A DNA stretch of 64,000 nt from an uncultured bacterium. GTDB lineage: Bacteria > Omnitrophota > Gorgyraeia > Ghiorseimicrobiales > Ghiorseimicrobiaceae. A program made the position numbers and the translations under genes. The stretch is taken from the NCBI GenBank assembly GCA_913009335.1, contig CAJVXN010000005.1:110-64109 (forward strand), given 5' to 3'. Below are positions 1 to 9,068 of this stretch, piece by piece. Positions within the stretch are counted from its first letter, which is position 1; each line of letters begins with the position of its first letter. The notes beneath the pieces are model-generated. The model did not search any database. It was not told where the DNA came from and saw only the letters and a program-made list of their open reading frames with translations.

Positions 1-119
1 TAATTCTGCTTCTGCTTGGTCTAATCGTTTATTAATCCATTTATCCGTATCTTTTGGGTCAAGAGCCATAAGCCATTCTATTTCCCTAAAATTCCTTAAC
101 ACTTCATTAAATGTTTTCA

Positions 120-1733
120 TTATTTACCCCCTTTCAGCATTTCCAAACAAGATTCAAGTAGATTTATTTTCTGCGTTAATGCTTTATAAATCAATTCATC
201 AATCGAATCCTTTGTTATCAAATAAAAATAGGTGCATTTGTTTTCTTGTCCTTTGCGATATATCCTATCATTTGCCTGGGAATGCTGTTCTGATGAATAG
301 GATAAGGAATACCAGATAATATAAGAACATTGTTGAAGATTTAATCCTATACCGCCTGATAATGGATGTGCTAATAGTATGCGGTATTTCTTTGCTTGAA
401 AATCCACGATCGCCTGTTGTTTTGCTTTTTGCGGCATTGCGCCATATAATGTCCGCGCATCATCTTTAAATTCATCTTTTAATCGTTCTATCTCAAAATG
501 AAAATTACACCATATAATGACTTGTTTATCTTCCGGTATTTCTTCAAGCAATTCTTTTAATACTTTAATTTTAGCATCGGATATAAGCACTGTTGCTCCT
601 TGCGTACTGATAACAAATCCGGAAGTTATCTGCCGGAGTTTCATAATTTTCGCAAGCTCATTCACGCCTAAGGCCACATGATCCCCGAATTCTAATATGT
701 TTTCTTTCTTCATTTCTTCATAAGCTGCTTCCTGGACTTTATCCATGTAGATATTCCGGGTTTCATAAATCCTATCCGGTAGATCAAAGCAATCCTTTTT
801 ACGTATTGAAAATGCTTGTTTAGATACATTTTGGATTATCGCTTCTTTCGCGCCTTTCATCGGCCGGTATTGATATCCGCCATACCCGGTGGAGAAAAAG
901 AAAGTATTGCGGAAACGATAAAAATTATCCGTTCCCAAACAATCCGGATTTATAAAAGTCATTTGACCAAAATATTCGAGAAGATTGTTTGGCGCCGGCG
1001 TTCCAGTTAAGCAGATTCTATGAGGAATTTTTTCCCGGCAATCCAATATTGTTTTAGTGATTTGGCTTTTAGGATTTTTTAACTTACTGCTTTCATCAAT
1101 TATGATGCATTTTACTTTTTTTGATATGTCTGTTTCTTTAGATAGTTTCTTAAACTGTTCATAATTAATTAAATAAATATCATAAGGATCATTGCTATAA
1201 AATGCCTTAAGATTATGCCACAATATAACCGCGTTTAATTTACTCCATTTTGCTATTTCAGGTATCCATACGCTTTCAAGTGTTGATAGCGGAGCAACAA
1301 TCATGGCTGGAACTTTCCAATATTCAATTAGCTTAATAGCGCATAATGTTTTTCCTGTACCGGTTTCCATAAATAAAGCATAGCTGTCAAACATTGAGGC
1401 TAATGTTATTGCTTTTTTTTGGTGTTGGAAACAAATAGATAAATCTATTCCGTTTAAACTTTCGATATTGCATTCTTCTGTCTTGATTTTATTCGCGATG
1501 TTAATTTTTTTGTGGTGTTTCTGTCTTTCGGCCCGTAATCTATCATAGATAAGTTTAGTTTCTTCATTATAATCAATTTTAAGATTATCGATAATATCCA
1601 CGAGCTTGCGGATAGGGAATCGCCAAGAGGCATCCGCTTTATTGAATTTAAAATCGCCGATTGCCTTTATTAATTCTTTCTCATGGTATTGGCAACGCAC
1701 TATTGCCTGATTATCTGAAGTATAAACTCGCAT
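120..1733 (-). CDS. SNF2-family (SF2) helicase
   Basis: Motifs ETGTGKT, IIDESS, LTGTP, GIGLNLQ, QANDRIYRKGQ. Confidence 0.93.
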   Translation of the reverse strand: MRVYTSDNQAIVRCQYHEKELIKAIGDFKFNKADASWRFPIRKLVDIIDNLKIDYNEETKLIYDRLRAERQKHHKKINIANKIKTEECNIESLNGIDLSICFQHQKKAITLASMFDSYALFMETGTGKTLCAIKLIEYWKVPAMIVAPLSTLESVWIPEIAKWSKLNAVILWHNLKAFYSNDPYDIYLINYEQFKKLSKETDISKKVKCIIIDESSKLKNPKSQITKTILDCREKIPHRICLTGTPAPNNLLEYFGQMTFINPDCLGTDNFYRFRNTFFFSTGYGGYQYRPMKGAKEAIIQNVSKQAFSIRKKDCFDLPDRIYETRNIYMDKVQEAAYEEMKKENILEFGDHVALGVNELAKIMKLRQITSGFVISTQGATVLISDAKIKVLKELLEEIPEDKQVIIWCNFHFEIERLKDEFKDDARTLYGAMPQKAKQQAIVDFQAKKYRILLAHPLSGGIGLNLQQCSYIIWYSLSYSSEQHSQANDRIYRKGQENKCTYFYLITKDSIDELIYKALTQKINLLESCLEMLKGGK

Positions 1734-1992
1734 AATTTAATCCATCCATAAGGTTATTAGTCCGAGAATACAAGAAAGTAAAAAACAAGAAATTATAATT
1801 GTAAGAATAATTTTTTCTATAAACACAATAAAAACCCCTTGTTAAAATACCGAGAGAATTGGTTAAAGGAAGGAGGCTTTGAAGCCTGCGTCCTAATTTC
1901 AACAAGGGGTAAATTCATTTTTTTCTTTGCGTTATACCGTTACGATATGAAATAATTTTTGTTAACCAACTCTCTCGTGTCGTCAATAACTT

Positions 1993-2020
1993 AGTATAAC
2001 AGCCCCTTGTTTTTTGTCAA
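1993..2020 (-). promoter_or_regulatory. sigma70-like promoter toward the helicase gene
   Basis: Minus strand TTGACA (2020-2015), 16 bp spacer, TATACT (1998-1993). Confidence 0.55.
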
Positions 2021-2057
2021 GTTTTATTTGACATGCGTAACGGTATAATGGTTACAT

Positions 2058-2243
2058 CTATTTTGTATCCAGTAAGGCCGGATTCGCCTTTGCTTTTTCA
2101 ACTAATAAACGCAAGATTGCCGACCGGGAATTCTTCAAAGGATTATTGTGCTGTATCTTCCTGTCTAAAAATTCCGTATCAGCCCCGGTTAACATTATCA
2201 TCACCGGAAATTTACGTTTATTCGTTTTCACTGATTTTACCAT
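2058..2243 (-). CDS. small ribbon-helix-helix-like DNA-binding protein
   Basis: Beta-strand VMIML then helices ending SRSAILRLLV; SD GAAAGGAG upstream of ATG 2243. Confidence 0.5.
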   Translation of the reverse strand: MVKSVKTNKRKFPVMIMLTGADTEFLDRKIQHNNPLKNSRSAILRLLVEKAKANPALLDTK

Positions 2244-2472
2244 CGTTGCCATCTCCTTTCTTGATTTTTGGCGGTAAAACATATTTAATATTTGCTTTCC
2301 ACATTTCATTAATCAACGCGTTAGCCATTCGTATAAGCAATTCAGGTTTATCAAATGGCGCGTGTACGTGCGCATGCCCTAAAGCGCCATGCGTGATTAT
2401 AAGATGCCCCGCAGGATCTTCAAAGTGCAGATTATCTTGCGTATCTTCACAATTTAAAAACGGACATTTCAT
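2218..2472 (-). CDS. Cys/His-rich small protein resembling the N-terminal domain of the GT9 enzyme
   Basis: MKCP..C...HLIITHGALGHAHVHAP vs MECPIC...HLAVFKGASGTNHVHGP at 14624. Confidence 0.6.
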   Translation of the reverse strand: MKCPFLNCEDTQDNLHFEDPAGHLIITHGALGHAHVHAPFDKPELLIRMANALINEMWKANIKYVLPPKIKKGDGNDGKISENE

Positions 2473-2765
2473 TTTTCTTCTCCTTTCTGTTTTAATACTA
2501 ATTCTTGCGCAATTTCAACAGCATTTTTAACTGCGTCTTGATTTACTCTTTTAAGTTCTAAACAAAGAATATCTGCAAAACTTTTTAACTGATCAAAAGA
2601 ATTAAACGTTGGAAAAGCATCGCCTGTTAAATTAGTTACATTATTGATATAAAGTACCCATTGTACATCGGGTTCTTCTTTTTTACTTTCCATCGTAAAC
2701 TTACAATTAATAGTGGTGTATTCATTAACAACACTTTTAATCTTTTTTAAAAGATCTTTAATCAT
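2469..2765 (-). CDS. hypothetical protein
   Basis: ORF with AGGAG RBS in minus-strand operon. Confidence 0.6.
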   Translation of the reverse strand: MIKDLLKKIKSVVNEYTTINCKFTMESKKEEPDVQWVLYINNVTNLTGDAFPTFNSFDQLKSFADILCLELKRVNQDAVKNAVEIAQELVLKQKGEEK

Positions 2766-2876
2766 CTTTCTTCTCCTTTCTAAAAACTTATTTTCTGTGT
2801 TAATAATGCTATTAATATATACAAACACCATAATAATAGTATGAATAGCACAAAAGGCATCGTTAATTTAGCAATA

Positions 2877-3329
2877 TCAATTTTCTCTTTTTTCTCTTTC
2901 ATTTTGACCTACCTCCTTCGCTGCTTTGTCAGCAAGATATACAAGCTGCCGAGGTACCCAATAGATACGCAATCGTTTAAATTGTTTGACATAGAATTCA
3001 ATATAACTCTGGAAACGAGCATAGAGAGGTATCATATTATCATGTTTTACTTTCCATGTCTTGTTCGCTTGATTGACTACCAATTGAGAATCAGAATAGA
3101 TATAAACTTCTTCGCTGTCAGGATTGTTATGAGCCGTCCAATCCATTCCTTTTAATAGAGATAGCCATTCTGCCTCGCTGTTTGTCCGGACTCCTACTTC
3201 TTCGTGGATAATTTCTGTCGGCCTTATTATATTCTGATTACTATTTTTATATCTCGCCCAGATAATAACTCCGATCGAAGCAGGGCCGGGATTTCCTTTA
3301 CTCGAGCCGTCGCATAGAATTACGATCAA
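2877..3329 (-). CDS. rnhA: ribonuclease HI-like protein
   Basis: DGSSKGNPG, TNSEAE, IYSDSQLVVNQ, ADKAAK catalytic motifs. Confidence 0.88.
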   Translation of the reverse strand: MIVILCDGSSKGNPGPASIGVIIWARYKNSNQNIIRPTEIIHEEVGVRTNSEAEWLSLLKGMDWTAHNNPDSEEVYIYSDSQLVVNQANKTWKVKHDNMIPLYARFQSYIEFYVKQFKRLRIYWVPRQLVYLADKAAKEVGQNEREKREN

Positions 3330-3352
3330 TTTAATCCTCCTTTCTTTTCAAT

Positions 3353-3556
3353 TTAATTACGATTTTGATCTTGGTCTTTATTGATATATAATCTTCCCGT
3401 TTTTGTATTAACAGAAATTTCATATATTATACCTTTAATCTTAAAGTTATAATCCCAAAATTCTGCATCTCTAACCGTAATTATTTGATAAGGTTTATGC
3501 CTATTTATAGTATCCATTTCCTTTGGCACTTTACCTTTTAACGTATGCTTCTTCAT
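3353..3556 (-). CDS. hypothetical protein
   Basis: Translationally coupled small ORF. Confidence 0.55.
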   Translation of the reverse strand: MKKHTLKGKVPKEMDTINRHKPYQIITVRDAEFWDYNFKIKGIIYEISVNTKTGRLYINKDQDQNRN

Positions 3557-3831
3557 TGTGCCTCCGCTCTTTTAATAGCTTCTTCTGCATTCTCTATATG
3601 AAATTGATAGCCGCCTGTTAGATTTTTATGTAAATCACAAGACAATAATCCTTTTAATGCCTCCAACAAATCAGGCGCGGCAGATATTAGTTTGGCGTTG
3701 CCCTCAACTTCTGGAGTTATCGATAGCGCTCCATCATTGATAGATATTAACTGGCATATTGTTTTATTATCAGAACAGACGCAACCTCCCGATTCTTTTA
3801 CTCTCCATGGCCCTGGTGTATGTTTACTCAT
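3553..3831 (-). CDS. conserved phage hypothetical protein (HTPGPW...NAKLISAAPDLLEAL type)
   Basis: Widespread phage early-gene motif. Confidence 0.75.
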   Translation of the reverse strand: MSKHTPGPWRVKESGGCVCSDNKTICQLISINDGALSITPEVEGNAKLISAAPDLLEALKGLLSCDLHKNLTGGYQFHIENAEEAIKRAEAQ

Positions 3832-3844
3832 TTTCTCACCTCTT

Positions 3845-4120
3845 TTACAATTCGAATTCAATTTCAAACGATTTTTCTTGCGGCAATTTTGCTATAACTC
3901 TCCACTTAAAAACTTGATAGCCCTCATGTTTCGTTGTCAGCTTCAAGATAATCGCAAGAGCTAATTGCGCTGCTCCGCTTCCGCCATACCCCCATGAAAA
4001 GCCGTCGGGAGAATGGTTACAAACTATTTGACTTTCGGCCGGAGATAAATACTCGCCATCGAGAAAAACAGATCTCGAGATCGCATCTCCTTTCAACTTA
4101 TGCTTTTTACTCTTTATCAT
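3845..4120 (-). CDS. DUF6166-like protein
   Basis: NHSPDGFSWGYGGSGAAQLALAI motif. Confidence 0.75.
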   Translation of the reverse strand: MIKSKKHKLKGDAISRSVFLDGEYLSPAESQIVCNHSPDGFSWGYGGSGAAQLALAIILKLTTKHEGYQVFKWRVIAKLPQEKSFEIEFEL

Positions 4121-4138
4121 CTTTACCCCCTTCCTATT

Positions 4139-4187
4139 GTCCTGACTGCTCCTTTCGGAGCAGTTTCGTTTAGGCTCATCAGAGGAC
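4139..4187 (-). ncRNA. hammerhead ribozyme HH1 (type I, 1-bp stem II)
   Basis: Minus: GTCCT-CTGATGA-G CCTAAA C-GAAAC TGCTCC GAAA GGAGCA GTC-AGGAC; loop II CCUA can pair with UAGG 3' of stem I; cleavage predicted after 4144. Confidence 0.85.
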
Positions 4188-4399
4188 TATCCTAATATTT
4201 CTTGTTCAGATACTTTTATAGGATCCTCTATCGCCTTAAGCAATTCTCTTGCTTCGACTATGGCTTTTGTGGCTTCGGTGATTATTTTTTGCTGTGAAAT
4301 AATCTTATTGATTATTGTCCGGATATCAGCTTTTACATCCTCATCCCAGCCGCTATTGATCTCTTGTAAAATTTCCTGTTTCATTTCTGCGATATTCAT
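4187..4399 (-). CDS. hypothetical protein
   Basis: ORF with RBS. Confidence 0.6.
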   Translation of the reverse strand: MNIAEMKQEILQEINSGWDEDVKADIRTIINKIISQQKIITEATKAIVEARELLKAIEDPIKVSEQEILG

Positions 4400-4402
4400 T
4401 TT

Positions 4403-4657
4403 CTATTTCTCCTCTGTTAATCCAAGTATTGCTTGGATACTCTCTTTAAGACCAGAATAAAACTTATTTAACGCTTCCCTGGCTTCCTTTGTTAATTCTA
4501 CTTTTATTTCGTTATAACCATTGAAGCCTTGCTTTGCTAATACTGTATCAGTTACAGACATAAGACTATAATCCCCTTCTACCTTTAAAACTCCGGTTTC
4601 CTTGTCTTTAGTGATATTAATATCTTCAAGCTTGATTTCTTTAATCATTATTCCCAT
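4403..4657 (-). CDS. hypothetical protein
   Basis: AGGAGGTG RBS before MGIMIKE. Confidence 0.6.
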   Translation of the reverse strand: MGIMIKEIKLEDINITKDKETGVLKVEGDYSLMSVTDTVLAKQGFNGYNEIKVELTKEAREALNKFYSGLKESIQAILGLTEEK

Positions 4658-4661
4658 TTTC

Positions 4662-5052
4662 TCACCTCCTTTCCTTCTCTTTATTTTTATCAAAATCCAG
4701 TAACACTTCATTGCAGGTTTCGCATTCCACCGCTGCATTTTCTGCCGGTTTCCCATATGTAATACAAGTAATCTTATGTCCTGCGTGTGCTTTTAAATCT
4801 TCAAAAGAATTTACACTCACGTTATCTCCTTTCTTTTTACCAGTCAAACTCTATCTTTTCAAAATCATTTGCGTCGTGTGCTTCACCGCATTTTTTACAA
4901 GTGATACATGCTACTCCGTTATTAATTACTCTATGGCATTGGAGAATTTGATTCTCCGGGTCAATCATCGCCTCATATACTGTATCTTCTGATACAATAA
5001 ACTCTGTACTGTCGCAATTCGGACTGATACATTTTTTAATAGGTATACTCAT
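4662..5052 (-). CDS. two small Cys-rich (Zn-ribbon-like) hypothetical proteins (4837-5052 and ~4662-4820)
   Basis: CxxC pairs, RBSs. Confidence 0.5.
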
Positions 5053-5215
5053 TTCAAATCCTCCTTTTATGATTTAAAATATTTTTTTAATTCTTTTATT
5101 ATTATATATTCTGGTTCTTGTTGCGCTTGAGGTATTTCAGCTCTAATTAAATCTAAAATCGCTTGTAGTTTATCATTAATAATCTGCTGTATGTCAAACT
5201 TTTTACCTGTTTCAT

Positions 5216-5491
5216 TCATTTTAACACCTCCTTTGAATAAACTACTTCTTGACCTTTCATTTGGATCTCTTCGAGATTTGCTTCAATGGAATCAACCTGG
5301 TAATGCTCCGCCCAAGCTTGTTGACCAAAGCCAATAACTACTTCGACTCCGCAAATAGGACATCTCCATTTATCAGCTGACCAAAGCCGGTATATCTTGC
5401 TATTATTTTGAAATAACTCTGCGACTGTAACTTCATTGTTCTCCGGCCGCAAATCCACTTCGCACTTTACGCATACAGGTCTATGATTCAT
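5216..5491 (-). CDS. Zn-ribbon hypothetical protein
   Basis: CVKC...WSADKWRCPIC. Confidence 0.65.
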   Translation of the reverse strand: MNHRPVCVKCEVDLRPENNEVTVAELFQNNSKIYRLWSADKWRCPICGVEVVIGFGQQAWAEHYQVDSIEANLEEIQMKGQEVVYSKEVLK

Positions 5492-5720
5492 TCTTTAACG
5501 CCTCCTTTCTTATCTCTCTCTCTTGCTCTTGCTCTAATTCAGCTATTCGTTTCTTTAATCCTTCACTTTCTTGTAAATTAGCAAACATATTCCCATAATT
5601 TATCCATTCGTCAATGCTTAAATCCTCTAGCCAATCATTAAAATCATCAGGCATCATATCATCAGTACCTATGTACTGCGCACCGTGTCTATCTTGTAGA
5701 AACTCTTCAAATTTAATCAA
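5481..5720 (-). CDS. hypothetical protein
   Basis: AGGAGG RBS, TTG start. Confidence 0.6.
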   Translation of the reverse strand: MIKFEEFLQDRHGAQYIGTDDMMPDDFNDWLEDLSIDEWINYGNMFANLQESEGLKKRIAELEQEQEREIRKEALKNES

Positions 5721-5737
5721 TTATATCGCCTCCTTTC

Positions 5738-5783
5738 CTCATCAGTATCCGATTCACGGATAGACTCCGGATCTCCCGGAGTT
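5738..5783 (-). ncRNA. degenerate type II hammerhead HH2 (GAAA/stem II half missing)
   Basis: Minus: AAC TCCGG GAGAT CCGGA GTC TATCCG TGAAT CGGATA CTGATGAG; the expected upstream CGAAA is replaced by the stop region of the preceding ORF. Confidence 0.6.
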
Positions 5784-5947
5784 AATTAATTTTAATCTTA
5801 GCGTCTTCCTCACGGACTATTACTTCATTGTAGATAAGACTAGGAGCATCTACTGCTGATTCATATATCCTTAATTTATAAGTAGTTTCTTTCTCAGAGA
5901 TAATTATCTCCTTAATCTTACCTTCAATGGTTACTGTTTCGCCGATT

Positions 5948-6586
5948 TTATGCATTTGATTTCTCCTTTTTATCTTTCTCAAGAGTTCTTTCTTTTTCGC
6001 CTATCTTATATTCAAAACCATACCCCAGAAATTGTTGACATAAGAGCTTGCCGTCAAACCAATGGCAATCCTCTCCGTCAGATGATACTTTGATACCCTT
6101 ACCAAGATGATGTTTAGCAATGATAAGAAAAGTAATCACCGCTAAATCGTAAGGTCTAAAAGCTGTTTTGCAGAAATCAAAATACAAACCATTTTCTTTT
6201 TGAAGGAATTTTCCGTTGAAAATCCTTTCAAAGATGAAAGACTCATAGGAGCAATCCCCATCACAACATCTTTTTTCAATCTCTGCTCCGGCAAACCAAT
6301 TTCCTTTCTTTGCATCCTCTAAAAACTTCGCAACACCACCGGCATTTTTGGAGGGCCATGGGATTGAGATTGCTTCATTTTTAAGATGTCCGCACTTTAT
6401 TGCTCCGTTCAGCGAAACCAAATTATAATTGAGTATTGGCTCGCCTTCTCCGCTACCGTCAGCTAAAACTACTCCTACTTTTATGATCTCTGGGAGCACC
6501 TTTTTGAAGTCATCAACTATCTTCTTAAACTTCTTTAATTCTACTTCTTTTTGCTTATACCAGTAATGCGTATATCCCATTTTCAT
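5948..6586 (-). CDS. conserved phage/plasmid hypothetical protein
   Basis: MGYTHYW ... FCKT..PYD ... SSDG motifs. Confidence 0.75.
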   Translation of the reverse strand: MKMGYTHYWYKQKEVELKKFKKIVDDFKKVLPEIIKVGVVLADGSGEGEPILNYNLVSLNGAIKCGHLKNEAISIPWPSKNAGGVAKFLEDAKKGNWFAGAEIEKRCCDGDCSYESFIFERIFNGKFLQKENGLYFDFCKTAFRPYDLAVITFLIIAKHHLGKGIKVSSDGEDCHWFDGKLLCQQFLGYGFEYKIGEKERTLEKDKKEKSNA

Positions 6587-6595
6587 CTCCTTATC

Positions 6596-7066
6596 TTAAT
6601 ATTTACCGTTACTCTTAACGTGCCGATACTCTGTTACAATATTGCATATTACGCCGTCAAGGAGTATTGCCTGCCCTGTTGTACATCGGCCCCAGAGCTG
6701 ATAATCTTTTATTACAGGATGCCCGAGATCCGCTAGTTTATCGCAAAGCCACGAAGATACATACCACCATTCAAATATCTCCTGCGGATTGTTTTCAGGA
6801 TTATCAAAAGAGGTATTGCAAGCTGTGCAGCAATATTCATCGTTTTCATCAGGAGTTGTAATATCTAATTCTTCTCCGCAACTCGGGCAAATATCAATAT
6901 ATCCATTCTCAATATCATCCCATGAGAACGGAGCTTCTTTATCCTCCCAGGCTTTCTTTAAAATATACTCCGTTTCATGTGTTGAACACATATAAACTTC
7001 TTTTCCGACAAAATCACTGCAAATATCCTGAAATTCTGTCTCCGATACTTCTTTTATTTTATCCAT
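6596..7066 (-). CDS. conserved phage hypothetical protein with Zn-ribbon insertion
   Basis: EIFEWWYVS...WGRCTTGQAI; CPSC/CTAC. Confidence 0.7.
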   Translation of the reverse strand: MDKIKEVSETEFQDICSDFVGKEVYMCSTHETEYILKKAWEDKEAPFSWDDIENGYIDICPSCGEELDITTPDENDEYCCTACNTSFDNPENNPQEIFEWWYVSSWLCDKLADLGHPVIKDYQLWGRCTTGQAILLDGVICNIVTEYRHVKSNGKY

Positions 7067-7317
7067 TTTTCATCTCCTTTGCTTTCGTTTAGCTTCGAGC
7101 TGTAACAAAAGCGTTTTTTGTGCTTGATTAAGATAAATAACCTTAACTCTTATCGAACTCTCTTATACCGGTAACTCCGTAATTTTCTTGATGCTGAGAT
7201 AAAAGAAAGACTCCCTCGCCCAAGATAATTCTTGCTCGATATAATCAATCAAAGACATATCTCCATCTTTCCAATCACTCTCGCTGACTTCGATCTCTAA
7301 TTCTACTTTAAATTTTT

Positions 7318-7512
7318 TCATTTCTTCCTCACCTCCTCATCCCCCTCTACTTTTATTTGCTCTATTGCGTTTAAATCACTTAGTGTTCTAGCAATTTCTT
7401 GACAACTTTCATAATTCAAATTCAACCAATTAGTTTCTCCGTTATCAGAGATAAATTTTACGGATACTCTCCCGTGCAATTTCTCTAATTGTTTTCTATA
7501 GTAACTTTTCAT
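7318..7512 (-). CDS. hypothetical protein
   Basis: ORF with RBS. Confidence 0.55.
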   Translation of the reverse strand: MKSYYRKQLEKLHGRVSVKFISDNGETNWLNLNYESCQEIARTLSDLNAIEQIKVEGDEEVRKK

Positions 7513-7516
7513 CTTC

Positions 7517-7762
7517 TCACCTCCTTTTTACAAACTCTCTATGTAATGTTCTTTTACTGAAATAAGCGGAGCTTTGATTTCCATGCTTAACAGGTTTCTT
7601 ACGATATAACTCCCAAACCTCAACTCTCCCCCCGTATGTTACTATTGTATTTGCTCTTACTCCGTAATTCCTCATTGTGTCTCCGAAGAATTTCATTGTA
7701 TCGTGCGTGAAATAATACGGAGATGTTTTAAGTGTTGCTTGTTTTAATTCGCTTGGCGTCAA
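7517..7762 (-). CDS. conserved phage hypothetical protein
   Basis: YFTHDTMKFFGDT motif; TTG start 7762 after AGGAGG. Confidence 0.65.
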   Translation of the reverse strand: MTPSELKQATLKTSPYYFTHDTMKFFGDTMRNYGVRANTIVTYGGRVEVWELYRKKPVKHGNQSSAYFSKRTLHREFVKRR

Positions 7763-7779
7763 TATAATCACCTCCTTTC

Positions 7780-7847
7780 GCCTCATCAGAGCCGGATCTC
7801 CGGCTGACTCCTGCGATTAGATTACTCTGTATCACAGGAGTTTCGGC
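7780..7847 (-). ncRNA. hammerhead ribozyme HH3 (type II)
   Basis: Minus: GCC GAAAC TCCTGTGAT..ATCGCAGGA GTC AGCCGG AGAT CCGGCT CTGATGA GGC; cleavage predicted after 7806. Confidence 0.92.
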
Positions 7848-8011
7848 TTTACTTTAGCTCTTCAATATTAACAAGGTTGTCTTTACGTTCAGAAGATTCC
7901 ATATAATCAACGAACTTTTCTCCTGCGATCTCTTCCGCTTCTTCTTTATCCCATGCCTCCACCTCTGTTGAATATACCGGCAGAGATATTGTTACTTTGA
8001 ATTTAGGCATA

Positions 8012-8587
8012 TCAACCTCCTCTATTGCCGAAGTAATCTCCTTCTTTTTCTTCGGTTACTTCTCCTTTATCAACTACATACAAGCCGTTAAATCCACATC
8101 CGCATTCGAAATAACGATTCTCGAATCTTAGTTTTGGAAATTTCTCTCCCATTGCTTTTATTACAGGTAGAGCAGGACACCAAGCCGTATCGAATCTATA
8201 GGATAGCTCTGATTCATAACCTTTTTTATCAGAGAGATCTTCATCTGCAAGCTCAACACTGTAAAATCCCCATTTCGTCCCCCAGTTATCGTTACACCAA
8301 GTATAACCACCGGAGTTATAACCGTCAGAGAAATGCGGAAATTCCTTAAATGCTTTTTTCCGAGCTTCATCATCTTTTACTCCGGATTTTTTCAACTTGT
8401 CTATACAAGCAAGTCTTTTCTCTCCTTGCTCCTCTGCTTTTTTATCCTGCTCCGCATACTTCTTTGGATAAGGAATAAATTTATTAGCAGATAATAAATT
8501 CTCTCCTTCTTTCGCGAACTTCTTGAAGCGGAGTAATTCTGCTTTATCTCCACTTACTCTTAAATCATTATCACAATGATTAGACAT
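8012..8587 (-). CDS. DUF1281/YubB ferredoxin-like domain protein
   Basis: MSNHCDN, WCNDNWGTKW, FDTAWCP motifs. Confidence 0.8.
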   Translation of the reverse strand: MSNHCDNDLRVSGDKAELLRFKKFAKEGENLLSANKFIPYPKKYAEQDKKAEEQGEKRLACIDKLKKSGVKDDEARKKAFKEFPHFSDGYNSGGYTWCNDNWGTKWGFYSVELADEDLSDKKGYESELSYRFDTAWCPALPVIKAMGEKFPKLRFENRYFECGCGFNGLYVVDKGEVTEEKEGDYFGNRGG

Positions 8588-8771
8588 TTTTCTTCTCCTT
8601 ATCTTGCATTACTGCCCAGACTAACGCTATAACCCAGCCGATAAACGTCCACCCGAGCAACACATTGAGCAGAGCAATCGCCGCGCTGTTACGGTGATTA
8701 TTTGCCATGGCTACAATCCACGGCAAAAAATAAATCAATATAATAAACAATATAAATGCTATTCCTTTCAT
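8580..8771 (-). CDS. imm: superinfection immunity membrane protein (T4 Imm-like)
   Basis: YFLPWIVA...LNVLLGWTFIGWVIALVWA signature. Confidence 0.88.
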   Translation of the reverse strand: MKGIAFILFIILIYFLPWIVAMANNHRNSAAIALLNVLLGWTFIGWVIALVWAVMQDKEKKNV

Positions 8772-9068
8772 TTTATCTTCTCTTCTCCTTTCGATCGAAA
8801 TACTCCTGTTTCATTTCTTGTTTGTACGCTTCTGACCTATCTCCCGCTGCTCGGACTATATTCATAGGATATCCGAGCCGATATAATTTATCCTGGAGCC
8901 GGTTACGTTTTTTCATTGCATTCTCCCAAATAATTTGTCTTGTAAATCCCGCAACTCCTTATCGTCCCAATCTTCTTTTGACATTTGTTTAAAAACAGCT
9001 AGGAGTTGTTTAATAAGAAACTTCGCAAGAGCTGTTAAAGGTCTTTCTACTTTCATTTTTCACACTCC

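Noticed and set aside
2028-2049. TTGACA...TATAAT on the plus strand
   Set aside because: Spacer is only 10 bp; the TATAAT belongs to the repeated operator-like motif.
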